Shown: positions 19,639-29,900, counted from the first letter of the stretch. The stretch is DNA of 64,000 nucleotides from Candidatus Hydrogenedentota bacterium (GCA_963668025.2 CAXXTH010000017.1:704001-768000); one strand, 5' to 3'. Translations and numbers: made by a program. Notes: generated from the letters alone by a model not told the origin.

Positions 19639-22230
19639 ATGTACAGGCTGCTTGCGTCTGGATGGTTGATATTGGCGGTTTCGTTCGGCGCGTACGCGGT
19701 GACGGGGAGCGGTGATTCGGGCACAAGTCCGCTGGAGACCGTGCCGCCGATGTTGCAATCCGTTTCGGCGGTGACGGAGCGGAGCTTATCCGTGACGTTC
19801 AGTGAGGCGATGGGAACGCCAAGCATCACCACGCCGGGGAATTACGCGGTATTCGGTGACGGCTCAGGCAGTCTTTCACCGAATCCGGACAGCATCTCCG
19901 GCAACGGTCCGTATGTGTTGACTTGGTCCGCAGGCGAAATGCGCCATGGAGAGACCGTCACCCTTGTCGCGGACGTGCAGGACGCGGTGGGCAATCCCAT
20001 CGATCCCTTCAATAGCAGCGCCTCGACTTCCGGAATCGGCGTGGCTCCGGTCTTTGATAACTTGGTGGTAAATCCAGCCCAAGCTTCCATCGGCGGTGTT
20101 GTCGACATTTCATTCTCCTCCTCCGAAGCGCTAAACGGTAATCCGAACGTTACCGTGAACGGCCATGCGGCGACGCTCGCCAACACCGGTAAATCTGTTA
20201 ATTTCACCTATGAGTACACGGTCCAGGAAGAGGACGCACCCGGCGCAGCCAGTATTCTTATCAGCGGAATTGACGAGGCGGGCAACTCCGGTTCTCTGGA
20301 AAACACCACTCTTCTCGATATTGTGGAAGGAGAACTAGAGCTACCCTTACGCTGGTTTCCATCCGCCCTTGTGCTGGCGTTAGCAATCATCGCCGCACTA
20401 GCATTCCGCCGGCGCAAAGGGGTGGGCCTGCTGGTTCTGCTCGTTCTTGCCGCGCCTATGGCGCTGGGCCAAGCGCCGACGGTCTCCAACGTGGAATTCG
20501 TGCAGCAGGACAATGGCGAAGGGGGTACGGAAGTCGTTATCACCTATGATCTCGACGCGCCAAATGCTCCTTGTGATATCACCGTTGCCCTGTCGAAAGA
20601 CGGCGGCGCGGACGGCTTCATTTATCCAGTAACGAGCGTTACGGGCGGCCTTGCCGGTGTGGCCACTGGCGCGGGCCACACCATTACTTGGGATATCGCC
20701 AGCGATTACTCCAACGAGGAAATTCCGAATGCGCGGATTCGCGTGACAGCGGATGACGGACTCGAGCTCTACACTCTTGTCTATACCGCAAGCGCCGGAG
20801 GAAGCATCCGGGGCGATTCGCCGCAATATGTGGCGGAGGGGAACGACGGCGCGGAAGTGACCGCCGAGGCGGATGCAAACTACCACTTCGTAAGCTGGTC
20901 GGACGGCATATTGACGGCGACGCGGCAGGATTTGGACGTGGACGCGGATATCAACGTAACGGCCAACTTCGTATCCGATTTTCTGACGGAAATCACATCG
21001 TTTGCAATCAACACCGGCTCGGTAACGACAATGGCGCTGGGGGTGACGCTCGACAACACGGCGACGAACAGCCCAACCGAGTACATGGCGAGCGAATCTT
21101 CCGACTTCAGCGATGCGTCGTGGACCGCTTACAATACCGCGCCGTCATTCGCACTTTCTTTCGGCGTCGGAACGCGCACCGTGTACTTCAAGGTGCGCAA
21201 TGCGAGCAGCGAATCGGGGGTAATAAGCGACACTATCTTTATTGTACCAGACACGATCTCGATATCAGCGGGAACGTTCGAGATGGGGCGGACCTTGCTG
21301 GGCGACGATGCGAACGGCTACAGCGATGAATTACCGGTGCATTCGGTCGAGTTGTCCGCATACCAGATCGGCAGATATGAAGTGACGAGCAAGGAGTATT
21401 GCGACGTATTGGGCTGGGCGCTCGCGCGGGGCTACCTGATGGACAGCGAGGGCGGGGAATGGCTGAATTCTGGGGACAGCATTTATGCGGGCGGCCCTTC
21501 GGCGCGATATCGAATCGTCGTGAATGATTCAACGGATTGTAATATCCAGTATGCGGGAGAAGGCGTGTTCACGCCCAGGAAGAGGGTGGGTTTGCCGGGC
21601 ACGACCAAATACTTGATGTCCACACATCCGATGGACATGGAATCGTGGTATGGTGCGGTGGCGTTCTGTAACTGGCTCAGCGAGATGCAAGGCTTGACAC
21701 CCTGTTACGACATGACGGCTGAAAACTGGCCGTTGATAGTAGCGCCGCCCACATCGGGCGGATATCGATTACCCACCGAAGCGGAATGGGAACGGGCAGC
21801 CGCTTGGGACGGCGAGAAACACTGGATTTATGGCTTCACGAGCGATTTGATCTCCTCAAATTGCTGCAACTACAAAGGTTCGACTTGGACGAATCCGTTG
21901 GGCCTGACCACGACACCCTACACCTCGCCGCGCGCCTGGTTTGACGGCGTGAACGTCAGCCCGAACGGGAACGTGACGACAGTGAACAGCGCCAGCCCGG
22001 TGGGCGCTTACGATATGAGTGGGAACGTATGGGAATGGTGTCATGACTGGTACTCGTCGACGTATTACCGTGGCGGCTCGATGACGAATCCAACAGGACC
22101 AGATTCCGGTGAGCAACGCGTAATACGGGGCGGCGGTTGGTACGACGGCAGTTGCCGTTCCGCGCACCGCGGCATCACCAGCCCATCGAGCACGTTCAAC
22201 AGCATTGGCTTCCGCATCGCCAAGTCTTAA
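19639..22230 (+). CDS. Secreted modular protein: Ig-like domains, internal TM/signal segment, InlB-B-repeat-like domain, C-terminal FGE-sulfatase (CLec) domain
   Basis: AGGAGG RBS, AYA signal peptide, GTFEMG, YRLPTEAEWERAA, DMSGNVWEWC, RVIRGGGW, GFR. Confidence 0.9.
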   Translation: MYRLLASGWLILAVSFGAYAVTGSGDSGTSPLETVPPMLQSVSAVTERSLSVTFSEAMGTPSITTPGNYAVFGDGSGSLSPNPDSISGNGPYVLTWSAGEMRHGETVTLVADVQDAVGNPIDPFNSSASTSGIGVAPVFDNLVVNPAQASIGGVVDISFSSSEALNGNPNVTVNGHAATLANTGKSVNFTYEYTVQEEDAPGAASILISGIDEAGNSGSLENTTLLDIVEGELELPLRWFPSALVLALAIIAALAFRRRKGVGLLVLLVLAAPMALGQAPTVSNVEFVQQDNGEGGTEVVITYDLDAPNAPCDITVALSKDGGADGFIYPVTSVTGGLAGVATGAGHTITWDIASDYSNEEIPNARIRVTADDGLELYTLVYTASAGGSIRGDSPQYVAEGNDGAEVTAEADANYHFVSWSDGILTATRQDLDVDADINVTANFVSDFLTEITSFAINTGSVTTMALGVTLDNTATNSPTEYMASESSDFSDASWTAYNTAPSFALSFGVGTRTVYFKVRNASSESGVISDTIFIVPDTISISAGTFEMGRTLLGDDANGYSDELPVHSVELSAYQIGRYEVTSKEYCDVLGWALARGYLMDSEGGEWLNSGDSIYAGGPSARYRIVVNDSTDCNIQYAGEGVFTPRKRVGLPGTTKYLMSTHPMDMESWYGAVAFCNWLSEMQGLTPCYDMTAENWPLIVAPPTSGGYRLPTEAEWERAAAWDGEKHWIYGFTSDLISSNCCNYKGSTWTNPLGLTTTPYTSPRAWFDGVNVSPNGNVTTVNSASPVGAYDMSGNVWEWCHDWYSSTYYRGGSMTNPTGPDSGEQRVIRGGGWYDGSCRSAHRGITSPSSTFNSIGFRIAKS

Positions 22231-22265
22231 TATATGCCGTCTGCATTGCTGGAACGGTTGCGTGT

Positions 22266-23636
22266 TCAATTACGCTCGGGGGCCGGGATCACGCCCGCCA
22301 TGCGCCCCATCCAATACGGGAGAAACACATCGATACCGGGATACTCGAAGGGGATATCGCTGTTCCCATACAATATGCATGGGCTGCGCTGCCAGAGAAA
22401 ATCAGAAGGCACGCGCTCGCTGGGCAACAACGCGAATCGTGCGAAGCGTCCATGCAAATACAGATGGTCCGGATCGCCCCGGTGATCCACCCAATGCCTA
22501 AATTTGGGTGGTTCGGGATAATCCAGCAGCAAACCCTGCACGCATGCACGCGCCGCCAGGCTGTTCGTGCAGCCCGTAGCGGCTAGGTATAGGGCAGCAA
22601 AATGGGCATTTAGGTGGGGCTCGGTCTTGCGCTGCATACGGTCGAATGTACGGCGCAGCAGCGCTTTACGCTCGGGGGCATCTTCCAGCGCGTACATGCT
22701 GAACACCCGGGCGTACGATAGGTTGTTGGCGTAGTATTGGAAATCCCACCGGCCATGGAGGAGAAACCAGCTATTCGGCAGCCAGCGGCAATCCCGCACG
22801 TAGGATGCTTCGAACGAGGCGTATTTCACCGGATTCACGGAAAGGCATAGGCGGCGCACGGCCATGCGGAGCGTACGCCCGCAGCGCCAAGCGCTTCCTT
22901 TGCCATCCATGATGCGGAAGCCATCGGCCAATAACCGGTCAGCGATGCATTCAGCAAGCAAGCGGACTCGTTCACGCACTTCAGCATCGTCCACATACGC
23001 CCATGCGGCAGCCAAACCAAAAACGACACCGGAATAGGTGTCGGGCGAACTGCCGCCCAGCCAGACCCAATCGGCATATTTGCCTTCGCCCCGGTGTGCG
23101 CGGCGGCCAAAACCAGGCCGTTTGGGGTCCGCGCCGTAAAATTGCACATATGTCGCATGATAGGCGGGATCATCAGCCAGCCCCGCATACCGGGGCATGT
23201 ATCCCACCCGCCCGCTCACTCGGGACAAGTCATCAAAGGCGTCCAGCACATCGAATATGCGTCCGCGAACAGCGGATTCACCCGTGGCGCGGTATTGGCA
23301 CGCCAGGGCGGCAAGGTAATGGCCCGTCCATAGGGCGCTATCGGCGAGGCCCGATAAGCGCCGTATACTCGAGCGTTCATAATCATTCCACCAGACATCG
23401 ACGGCCATGCCTTGCGGCATATGATGCCGCTCGAGTAAATCCTGGTACGCCGCTGCTTTCTGGTATATGGCATCCGCTTGCGCGGGGGTGATTTCCGGCC
23501 AGTCGAACGGCGCACGGCGGGCGATGGCGCGCAGTGCGTCACGCTGTGGAGCGGAAAGCCCGGTTTCGGCATTTGATGTGGCGCAAAACACCAGCGCCAG
23601 ACATACCAGCGGCATTCGGAGATGGAAATTAATCAT
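22266..23636 (-). CDS. Secreted hypothetical protein, possibly an alpha/alpha-barrel glycosidase
   Basis: Signal peptide; DSALWTGHYLAA and SPDTYSG motifs; overlaps the fetB stop. Confidence 0.65.
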   Translation of the reverse strand: MINFHLRMPLVCLALVFCATSNAETGLSAPQRDALRAIARRAPFDWPEITPAQADAIYQKAAAYQDLLERHHMPQGMAVDVWWNDYERSSIRRLSGLADSALWTGHYLAALACQYRATGESAVRGRIFDVLDAFDDLSRVSGRVGYMPRYAGLADDPAYHATYVQFYGADPKRPGFGRRAHRGEGKYADWVWLGGSSPDTYSGVVFGLAAAWAYVDDAEVRERVRLLAECIADRLLADGFRIMDGKGSAWRCGRTLRMAVRRLCLSVNPVKYASFEASYVRDCRWLPNSWFLLHGRWDFQYYANNLSYARVFSMYALEDAPERKALLRRTFDRMQRKTEPHLNAHFAALYLAATGCTNSLAARACVQGLLLDYPEPPKFRHWVDHRGDPDHLYLHGRFARFALLPSERVPSDFLWQRSPCILYGNSDIPFEYPGIDVFLPYWMGRMAGVIPAPERN

Positions 23637-24450
23637 GCATTTTCCTTGCTACAATAAATCCGCTCTTGAGCTGGTGCTTTGTATTGAAACATTGATGGAA
23701 GACCAGCAAGGCCATAAGCATGCAGCCCAGCGAGGTGGCGGCGGCTATCATGAACATCACGACAATCTGGTATTTGACCGCGACCAGGGGATCATCGCTG
23801 GCTAAAATCTGGCCAGTCATCATACCGGGCAGCGATACGATGCCGACAACCATCATCGAATTGATGATGGGCACCATGCCTTTCCGGACGCCATCCGCCA
23901 GCGGGCCGCGCGCCGCTTCCCACCGGGAGGCCCCGTGGGCCAGTTCCATCTCGACTTCCGCCCGCCGCTCGGCAAAAGACTCGAGAATCTGGTCGAGGCA
24001 AAGCGAGATGCCCGTAAGGCCATTGCCCAGAATCATGCCCAGGAGGGGAATGGCGTATTGCGGGCGATACCAAGGCTCGACGCGGATAATCGCGCCAGTC
24101 ACTAAAAAAGTGACGAAAAAACCGCTGGCCACGAGTGTGATGAACGACATCAAATGCACGCCAGGAAAAGTGCGGATTGAACGCCCGACGGCGGCTCGTC
24201 CGGCGATCACCACCATGGACGCCATGAGCAACAGCACCAGCAGCGGCGAATCGAGCGCGAATACGAACTGAAGCACATAACCGACGGCGAAGAGCTGGAT
24301 TACCGTGCGCACGGCGGCGATGGCCAGGCGGCGTTCGAGCCGGAGCCCCAGGCCCAGGCTAACCCCGCCCGCCATCAGAATCAGCGCCGCGGCAATGGAC
24401 ATATCCATGAGATCAAGAGGTATAACGCCGCTCGATACGGGCTCAGCCAT
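23629..24450 (-). CDS. fetB: ABC permease FetB/YbbM (UPF0014)
   Basis: RTVIQL, AIPLLGMILGN, GIVSLPGMMTGQIL, AVKYQ. True start ATG 24450. Confidence 0.9.
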   Translation of the reverse strand: MAEPVSSGVIPLDLMDMSIAAALILMAGGVSLGLGLRLERRLAIAAVRTVIQLFAVGYVLQFVFALDSPLLVLLLMASMVVIAGRAAVGRSIRTFPGVHLMSFITLVASGFFVTFLVTGAIIRVEPWYRPQYAIPLLGMILGNGLTGISLCLDQILESFAERRAEVEMELAHGASRWEAARGPLADGVRKGMVPIINSMMVVGIVSLPGMMTGQILASDDPLVAVKYQIVVMFMIAAATSLGCMLMALLVFHQCFNTKHQLKSGFIVARKMHD

Positions 24451-25123
24451 GGGCTTCTTCCTTCCCGGCAGGGGCTGCCGCATACGGCGCAAGGTCCAGC
24501 ACACGAGGCCCCCACCGTTCCGCCAGCGCCCGGTCATGCGTGGCGACAAGAACCGCCAAGCCATGCGTGGCGGCTTCCATTCGTAAAAAATCAGCCACTC
24601 GCTCGGCGGAGGCTTCATCCAACGCGCTGGTGGGCTCGTCAAGAAATAAGAGGCCGGGTTCGAGAAGCAGCGCGCGCGCGAGGCACACCCGCAATTGCTG
24701 GCCCACGGATAGGGAACGGGCGGCCTGCTCCATACGGTGCGCCCCCACGCCGAGGGCTTCCAGCACGGTTTTGGCTTTTTCTGGGTCGAATGCGGCGGCA
24801 GCGGTGCGATAGCGAAACGGGCGGGCCAGATTTTCCGCCACGGTCGTATCAAACACCACGGGGCGTTGTTCCACCAAGATGGCAGTGCGCCGGTATCGGG
24901 GCCAGCCCATCGCCTCAGGAAAGACGCCCTTGAATCGGAACATGCCCTCGGCAGGGTCAATTAGGCCCGACAAGGTGCGCAACAGGGTCGTTTTGCCGCA
25001 GCCGGACGGCCCCGCCAAGGCCATAATCTCGCCTGCTTCGAGGCGAAAATCGAGACCGTGCAGAAGCCGGACGCCGTTCGAGGCTACTGACAAGCCGATG
25101 ATTTCCAGGAGCGTTTCCGCCAT
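24443..25123 (-). CDS. fetA: ABC ATP-binding protein FetA/YbbL-like
   Basis: GPSGCGKT, LSVGQ, FLDEPTSALD; translationally coupled to fetB. Confidence 0.85.
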   Translation of the reverse strand: MAETLLEIIGLSVASNGVRLLHGLDFRLEAGEIMALAGPSGCGKTTLLRTLSGLIDPAEGMFRFKGVFPEAMGWPRYRRTAILVEQRPVVFDTTVAENLARPFRYRTAAAAFDPEKAKTVLEALGVGAHRMEQAARSLSVGQQLRVCLARALLLEPGLLFLDEPTSALDEASAERVADFLRMEAATHGLAVLVATHDRALAERWGPRVLDLAPYAAAPAGKEEAHG

Positions 25124-25368
25124 GCCCACGCCTTTCTCATGCCGTATGCGAAGCGCATCACGACATGCGGTCCGCCGGCCCATTTAGTATGCCGGATTCC
25201 CTTCGAGAATTAACAGAAAGGAAAAGCCCGTTCTTCCACATATGGTTTCAGTTTCATACTGGAGGCACACACGTTGCGTTTTTGAAAAAGGAGAGGTAGT
25301 ATTGTTGTGAAAGGGTGGTCCCACCCGGAAATGATGCCCACGAAAAATAAGTGACCTCGAGGGATGCC

Positions 25369-25815
25369 ATGAAAACAGACAAACCGCAAGTGCTGGCGTC
25401 ATGCGCTCGATGCAACCGCTTATTTACTAGAATAAACTACGCGGTTTGTCCGACCTGCCAGGAAGTGGAACGGGCCGATTTTGATAAAATCAGGGACATC
25501 CTGGCGCAAAACCCGGGATTGACCTTGGAGCAGCTCGCGGAACAAGCGGGCGTGTCCGCAGCTTGCGTGATGCGCATGATAGAAACCGGCATCGCCCGCA
25601 TGGAAACGATCAACGAACTAGATCCCCCCATCTGCGGCATGTGCGGCGCACCGGCCATCAGTTATTCAAAGCGCATCTGCGAGTCGTGCCTAAACCGGCT
25701 CGACTCGCAGGTGGCTTCCATTTTATGTAACACCCGGCTGGGGAAAAAGAAACCATTCAAATCCACCATATCGGGCGTGCATGCGGCCGTACGGAAAAAA
25801 CGCAAGGGAGAGTAG
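25369..25815 (+). CDS. YvyF-like zinc-ribbon/HTH protein
   Basis: CxxC..CxxC, HTH-like TLEQLAEQAGVS, second CxxC..CxxC. Confidence 0.7.
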   Translation: MKTDKPQVLASCARCNRLFTRINYAVCPTCQEVERADFDKIRDILAQNPGLTLEQLAEQAGVSAACVMRMIETGIARMETINELDPPICGMCGAPAISYSKRICESCLNRLDSQVASILCNTRLGKKKPFKSTISGVHAAVRKKRKGE

Positions 25816-25837
25816 CATCTCCTCCCCAAGCGTTTCA

Positions 25838-26770
25838 TTACCGGTCCGTTCTGCGGCGGTCATAGAAAATGGCGCTCTTGCTGTCCGGCTGGGCCATCTG
25901 GCGCACTTGGGCCAGCACTTCAAACATTCGCTTCGCGCTTTTAAATTGCCGGTACTGATTGTTGGCGACGCCGATGGACAATGCCATCAGCGGATGGCGA
26001 ACCAGATTACCCGAACGGTCTTTGCATTTCACGCGGCCTTTTTGGGCGTCCTCGGGATTGTAGAGCTGCTTCACGTTGGCGTCGAAAGATTGCATTAATG
26101 CATTACAAAAGCGTTCGGAATCCTCTAGATTTAAAATCACGACAAAATGTTCGCCGCCCAAATGGGAGATAAAGCTCTCGTAAATGCCCATATTCCGGAT
26201 AAGTTGCCGGAGAAGCTGCGCAATGTACTGCAACGCGCGATGCTGGCCTTCCCGCCCGTATGCGGAGCAATACGGTTTGAAACCGGCCATATCCATGTAA
26301 CAAACGCTGATAGGCGCATTCCGGGCGAGACGATGGTTCAACTCCCGTTTAACCGCTTCCGTGCCGGGCAAGTCTGTTATCGAATGTTTCTCCCGGACCG
26401 CTTGTAATAATGATTGCAGCCCCGCTACTTTTTCCATCAGATGCTCAAGCTTGAATGGCTTCGCCAGGTAGTCGTCGGCCCCTTGTTCGAGACCATGAAG
26501 CATCTCCGGTTCTTCACCCAGTGCGGTAAGTAGTAAGATAGCGACAGGATATAGCTCTGGGTCTTTGCGGAGGCGCCTGCAGATTTGGTAGCCCGTAACG
26601 CCAGGAAGCATGATATCTAATAGAATAATGTCTGGTTTGATTTGTTTTGCGGCTTCGAAAGCTCCTTCCCCCGAGTGTATCGAAAAGACTTCATGTCTTT
26701 CCGCCACCAGTTTCATTTTGATAAGTTCCGCCAGATCGGCATCGTCGTCAACTACTAATATTTTACTCAT
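25838..26770 (-). CDS. Response regulator with degenerate GGDEF domain
   Basis: REC domain (VVDDD, LLDIMLP, AKPF); GGEHF replaces GGDEF. Confidence 0.88.
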   Translation of the reverse strand: MSKILVVDDDADLAELIKMKLVAERHEVFSIHSGEGAFEAAKQIKPDIILLDIMLPGVTGYQICRRLRKDPELYPVAILLLTALGEEPEMLHGLEQGADDYLAKPFKLEHLMEKVAGLQSLLQAVREKHSITDLPGTEAVKRELNHRLARNAPISVCYMDMAGFKPYCSAYGREGQHRALQYIAQLLRQLIRNMGIYESFISHLGGEHFVVILNLEDSERFCNALMQSFDANVKQLYNPEDAQKGRVKCKDRSGNLVRHPLMALSIGVANNQYRQFKSAKRMFEVLAQVRQMAQPDSKSAIFYDRRRTDR

Positions 26771-27132
26771 GGTTCTCCTCGCGCCACAGGCCCTTCCCGC
26801 AGCGTTCTACTGTTTTGATAATTATACCCGGAAATGTCTTCTTCCTGCATCAATCAGGGCAATCGCACTAAAAACAACCCCGAAGAGGCCTCAAGAGGCA
26901 CAAAAGACGCGAGAATCAGTTCATTTTTGCGTCTTTTGCGTCTTTTGTGGCCCATTCTCTGGAAATGTGGGGAGTGGATTTTCAGATATGTTTGGACAAA
27001 CAAACACCAATACTCTGATGAGAGGAAAGAGCACCGCTTTTTTAATGCGATTGCCGTGCTGCATCAATTGGCGCGCCGCGTGGTGAGGCTGGTATACTGT
27101 CTACCTGAATAGTGCCGCGTTAGCGAAGAGGA

Positions 27133-28506
27133 GTGAATCCCTTGCATAAGCATTTGGTATTGCTGCTGCCGCTGCTGGGTGTGCTGGCGGCGGGGTGCAT
27201 GACTGTGGGCCCAGCTTCCGAGCGGGCTGTCATTCAGGCGAAAGATAAAGTCGCCCCCGCATTGGTCCATATCCGCCCCGTAAAAGAAGTATACGCCGGA
27301 GGAAAGCGCGAAGAAATTGTCGTCGAGGGAAGCGGCTTCATCATCTCGCCGGATGGCTATGTGGTGACCAATGAGCATGTGGCGGGCGAAAGCCGGGTAG
27401 TGCGGTGCGTCCTGTTTGCTAAAGAAGAGATGGACGCCAAAGTCGTGGGTGTAGATGGGCTCACCGATATCGCGGTGATCAAGCTCGATACCGCCCGGAA
27501 GGATTTGCCTTATGTGAAGCTGGGGCGTTCAGACAATTTGGTGGCGGGGCAAACCGTTCTGGCGCTCGGCAGCCCCCACGGGCTGGCGCGCTCCGTATCG
27601 CAAGGCATCGTCAGCGTGCCGGATCGTTTTTTGGATGATGGGGGCGGCATGACATCGCCGTATAACAACTGGATCCAGACCGACGCCGCTATCAATCCGG
27701 GCAATAGTGGAGGCCCGCTGGTTAATCTGAAGGGCGAGGTCATCGGCGTGAATGCCCGCCGGTTGAACGGAGCGGATAATGTAGGTTTCGCCATTCCCGT
27801 GGATGTGGCCAAACAAGTCGTTGAAGCCATCATCCGCGACGGGCGCGTGCGCCGGAGCTGGGCCGGGGTGTCCCTGCAAGAAATGATGAGCAAGACGGAT
27901 GACCCCTCCATCAAGGGCGTCGTGATTGGCAATGTGGATCCGCTGTCACCAGCCGCGGAGGCGGGCGTCAAGCCGGGCGATACGCTCCTGGCCGTGAATG
28001 GCGCGCCCGTGGATGCGCGATATGCGGAGGATCTTCCCGCCGTACGCCGGCTCATCGCCAGCCTGCCCGTGGGGGAAGAAGCCGTATTCCAGATTTCCCG
28101 GGGCGGGGAAACCACGGAACTGAAGGTGAAGACCGAGGAAGAAGCGGAGCTTCAAGGCGCTGAAGTAGAATTCAAGGATTGGGGTTTCACGGCCACGGAT
28201 TTGACTCCTGAGATTATGCGCCGCGCCCAGTTGCCATCGAGAAATGGCGTCATGATTACCGGCACGCAAGACGGCGAATTGGCCCAAAACGCCGGGCTTG
28301 GCCAATCGGATATTATCCTTGGCTTTGATGGGCAGGAAATCACGAATATGGCCGCGTTTAAACGGCTGGTGGAAGAGGCAGTGGCCTCGAAGAAACCGTT
28401 GGTGCTGCTGGATGTGAAGCGGGGCGCATTGACGCGCTACGTGCTGCTCAAGCAGGATGGCGAGGAGATGACAAATGAAGGCGAGGCCGACGATGCGGGC
28501 CTGTAA
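27133..28506 (+). CDS. HtrA/DegP-like serine protease with two PDZ domains, lipoprotein
   Basis: LAAGC lipobox; TNEHV, DIAV and GNSGGP catalytic triad motifs. Confidence 0.93.
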   Translation: MNPLHKHLVLLLPLLGVLAAGCMTVGPASERAVIQAKDKVAPALVHIRPVKEVYAGGKREEIVVEGSGFIISPDGYVVTNEHVAGESRVVRCVLFAKEEMDAKVVGVDGLTDIAVIKLDTARKDLPYVKLGRSDNLVAGQTVLALGSPHGLARSVSQGIVSVPDRFLDDGGGMTSPYNNWIQTDAAINPGNSGGPLVNLKGEVIGVNARRLNGADNVGFAIPVDVAKQVVEAIIRDGRVRRSWAGVSLQEMMSKTDDPSIKGVVIGNVDPLSPAAEAGVKPGDTLLAVNGAPVDARYAEDLPAVRRLIASLPVGEEAVFQISRGGETTELKVKTEEEAELQGAEVEFKDWGFTATDLTPEIMRRAQLPSRNGVMITGTQDGELAQNAGLGQSDIILGFDGQEITNMAAFKRLVEEAVASKKPLVLLDVKRGALTRYVLLKQDGEEMTNEGEADDAGL

Positions 28507-29899
28507 TCCTATCGGAATCGGCGTATGCCTGGCCTTGGCGGCGGGGCTGGCGGCGGGGCGCGCCTACGCGGATAGTCTGCCGCAGTCCGTTATCGACGCC
28601 CAATATGCGCGCATCTCCCCCGCATTATGTATCGTTTCGTATGCCTCCGAGATCACGAACGAACGCACCGGCGACACCAATAAACGCCAAACACGCGCCA
28701 TGGGCGTCATCGTTTCACCGGAAGGACTCGTGATTGGGCCCGGCCATATGCAGCTTGATTACAGCAAACCGCTCAACGTGCGGATAAGCGTGGGCCAGGG
28801 CGATGCGGAGAAAGAGTATCCGGCGGAAGTCCTGACGAAGCCTGAAGACGTGAATTTATGTTTCATGCGCATCAAACCCGAGACGCCCGAAAAATTTCCA
28901 TATGTCCGCTTTGCTCCAAACGCCCGGCTGTCTATCGGCGAGCCTCTTATGGTATTGGGTCTCTTCGGAGAAAATCTGGATTTTGCACACGCGGCGCAAT
29001 TTCGCTCCATCGGGGCGATCCTGGAAAAACCACGCACGACATATTGCCTGGATGAACCCGTTCCGCTGGGATTTGTCGCGGGCCCAGTAGTCAACGCCCA
29101 GGGCGAGGCGGTTGGGGTCATCGGCCTTGACTTGTCTCCGCAAGAAGGCGGGGAACTATATACGCACGGCGGGCATCCGCTGGTGTATCAAACCAGCCTG
29201 TTTCAACACTATATCGAGCAGCCTCCCGGTTTGCAGGAAGAACAGACCAACGCCTGGATCGGCGTATTCTCGCAGCCTCTTTCGGATGACCTTGCGGAAT
29301 ATTGGGGCCTTCCAAAAGAAGGCGGTGTGGTGGTGAGCACGGTCGTGCCCGATGCGCCCGCCGCGAAAGCGGGGATCCAACGCGGCGACATCATCATTGA
29401 ATTCAATAACACCCCCATTCATTCCAAACTCGACCGGGATATCGCCGGATTCACCAAGCTCGTACGGGAATGCCAGCCTGGACAGGAGATTTCCATCCGC
29501 CTGCTGCGTAATGAAACGCCCATGGATGTGAAAGCCACCTTGACGGAACTGCCCAAGAGCGGCAAGGAAGCGGGCGAATATGAAGATTCCGTGTTCGGAT
29601 TCACCGTGCAAGAACTCACGCGCGATCTGCGCATCCGGCTGAATTTGGATGAAGACCTCCAGGGCGTCATCGTATTCCGCGTCAAATCGGGCAGCGACGC
29701 CCAATTGGCGGGATTCCGGCCCGGCGTCATCATCCTGCGATTCGGCGAACATCCCATCGCAAGTATTGATGATTTTAAAGCAGCGGTTGAAAAAGTCGCC
29801 GCGGACAAGCCTGGCGAAATTCCTATTTTCTGCCGCGTGGGGCCGCGCACCGGATTCTTCCGGCTCATTCCCAACTGGAACCGGGGCGAGGAGGGTTGA
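28493..29899 (+). CDS. HtrA-like PDZ protein with degenerate protease domain
   Basis: Same architecture as the upstream gene, but GFVAGP replaces GNSGGP; signal peptide. Confidence 0.85.
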   Translation: MRACNPIGIGVCLALAAGLAAGRAYADSLPQSVIDAQYARISPALCIVSYASEITNERTGDTNKRQTRAMGVIVSPEGLVIGPGHMQLDYSKPLNVRISVGQGDAEKEYPAEVLTKPEDVNLCFMRIKPETPEKFPYVRFAPNARLSIGEPLMVLGLFGENLDFAHAAQFRSIGAILEKPRTTYCLDEPVPLGFVAGPVVNAQGEAVGVIGLDLSPQEGGELYTHGGHPLVYQTSLFQHYIEQPPGLQEEQTNAWIGVFSQPLSDDLAEYWGLPKEGGVVVSTVVPDAPAAKAGIQRGDIIIEFNNTPIHSKLDRDIAGFTKLVRECQPGQEISIRLLRNETPMDVKATLTELPKSGKEAGEYEDSVFGFTVQELTRDLRIRLNLDEDLQGVIVFRVKSGSDAQLAGFRPGVIILRFGEHPIASIDDFKAAVEKVAADKPGEIPIFCRVGPRTGFFRLIPNWNRGEEG

Positions 29900-29900
29900 C

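Noticed and set aside
19004-19726. 240-aa minus-strand ORF
   Set aside because: Overlaps two better-supported genes and a hairpin element; no motif.
23629-24960. Apparent 443-aa extended FetB or FetA-FetB fusion
   Set aside because: The extension is an alternate frame of fetA; an RBS and ATG at 24450 give a normal FetB.
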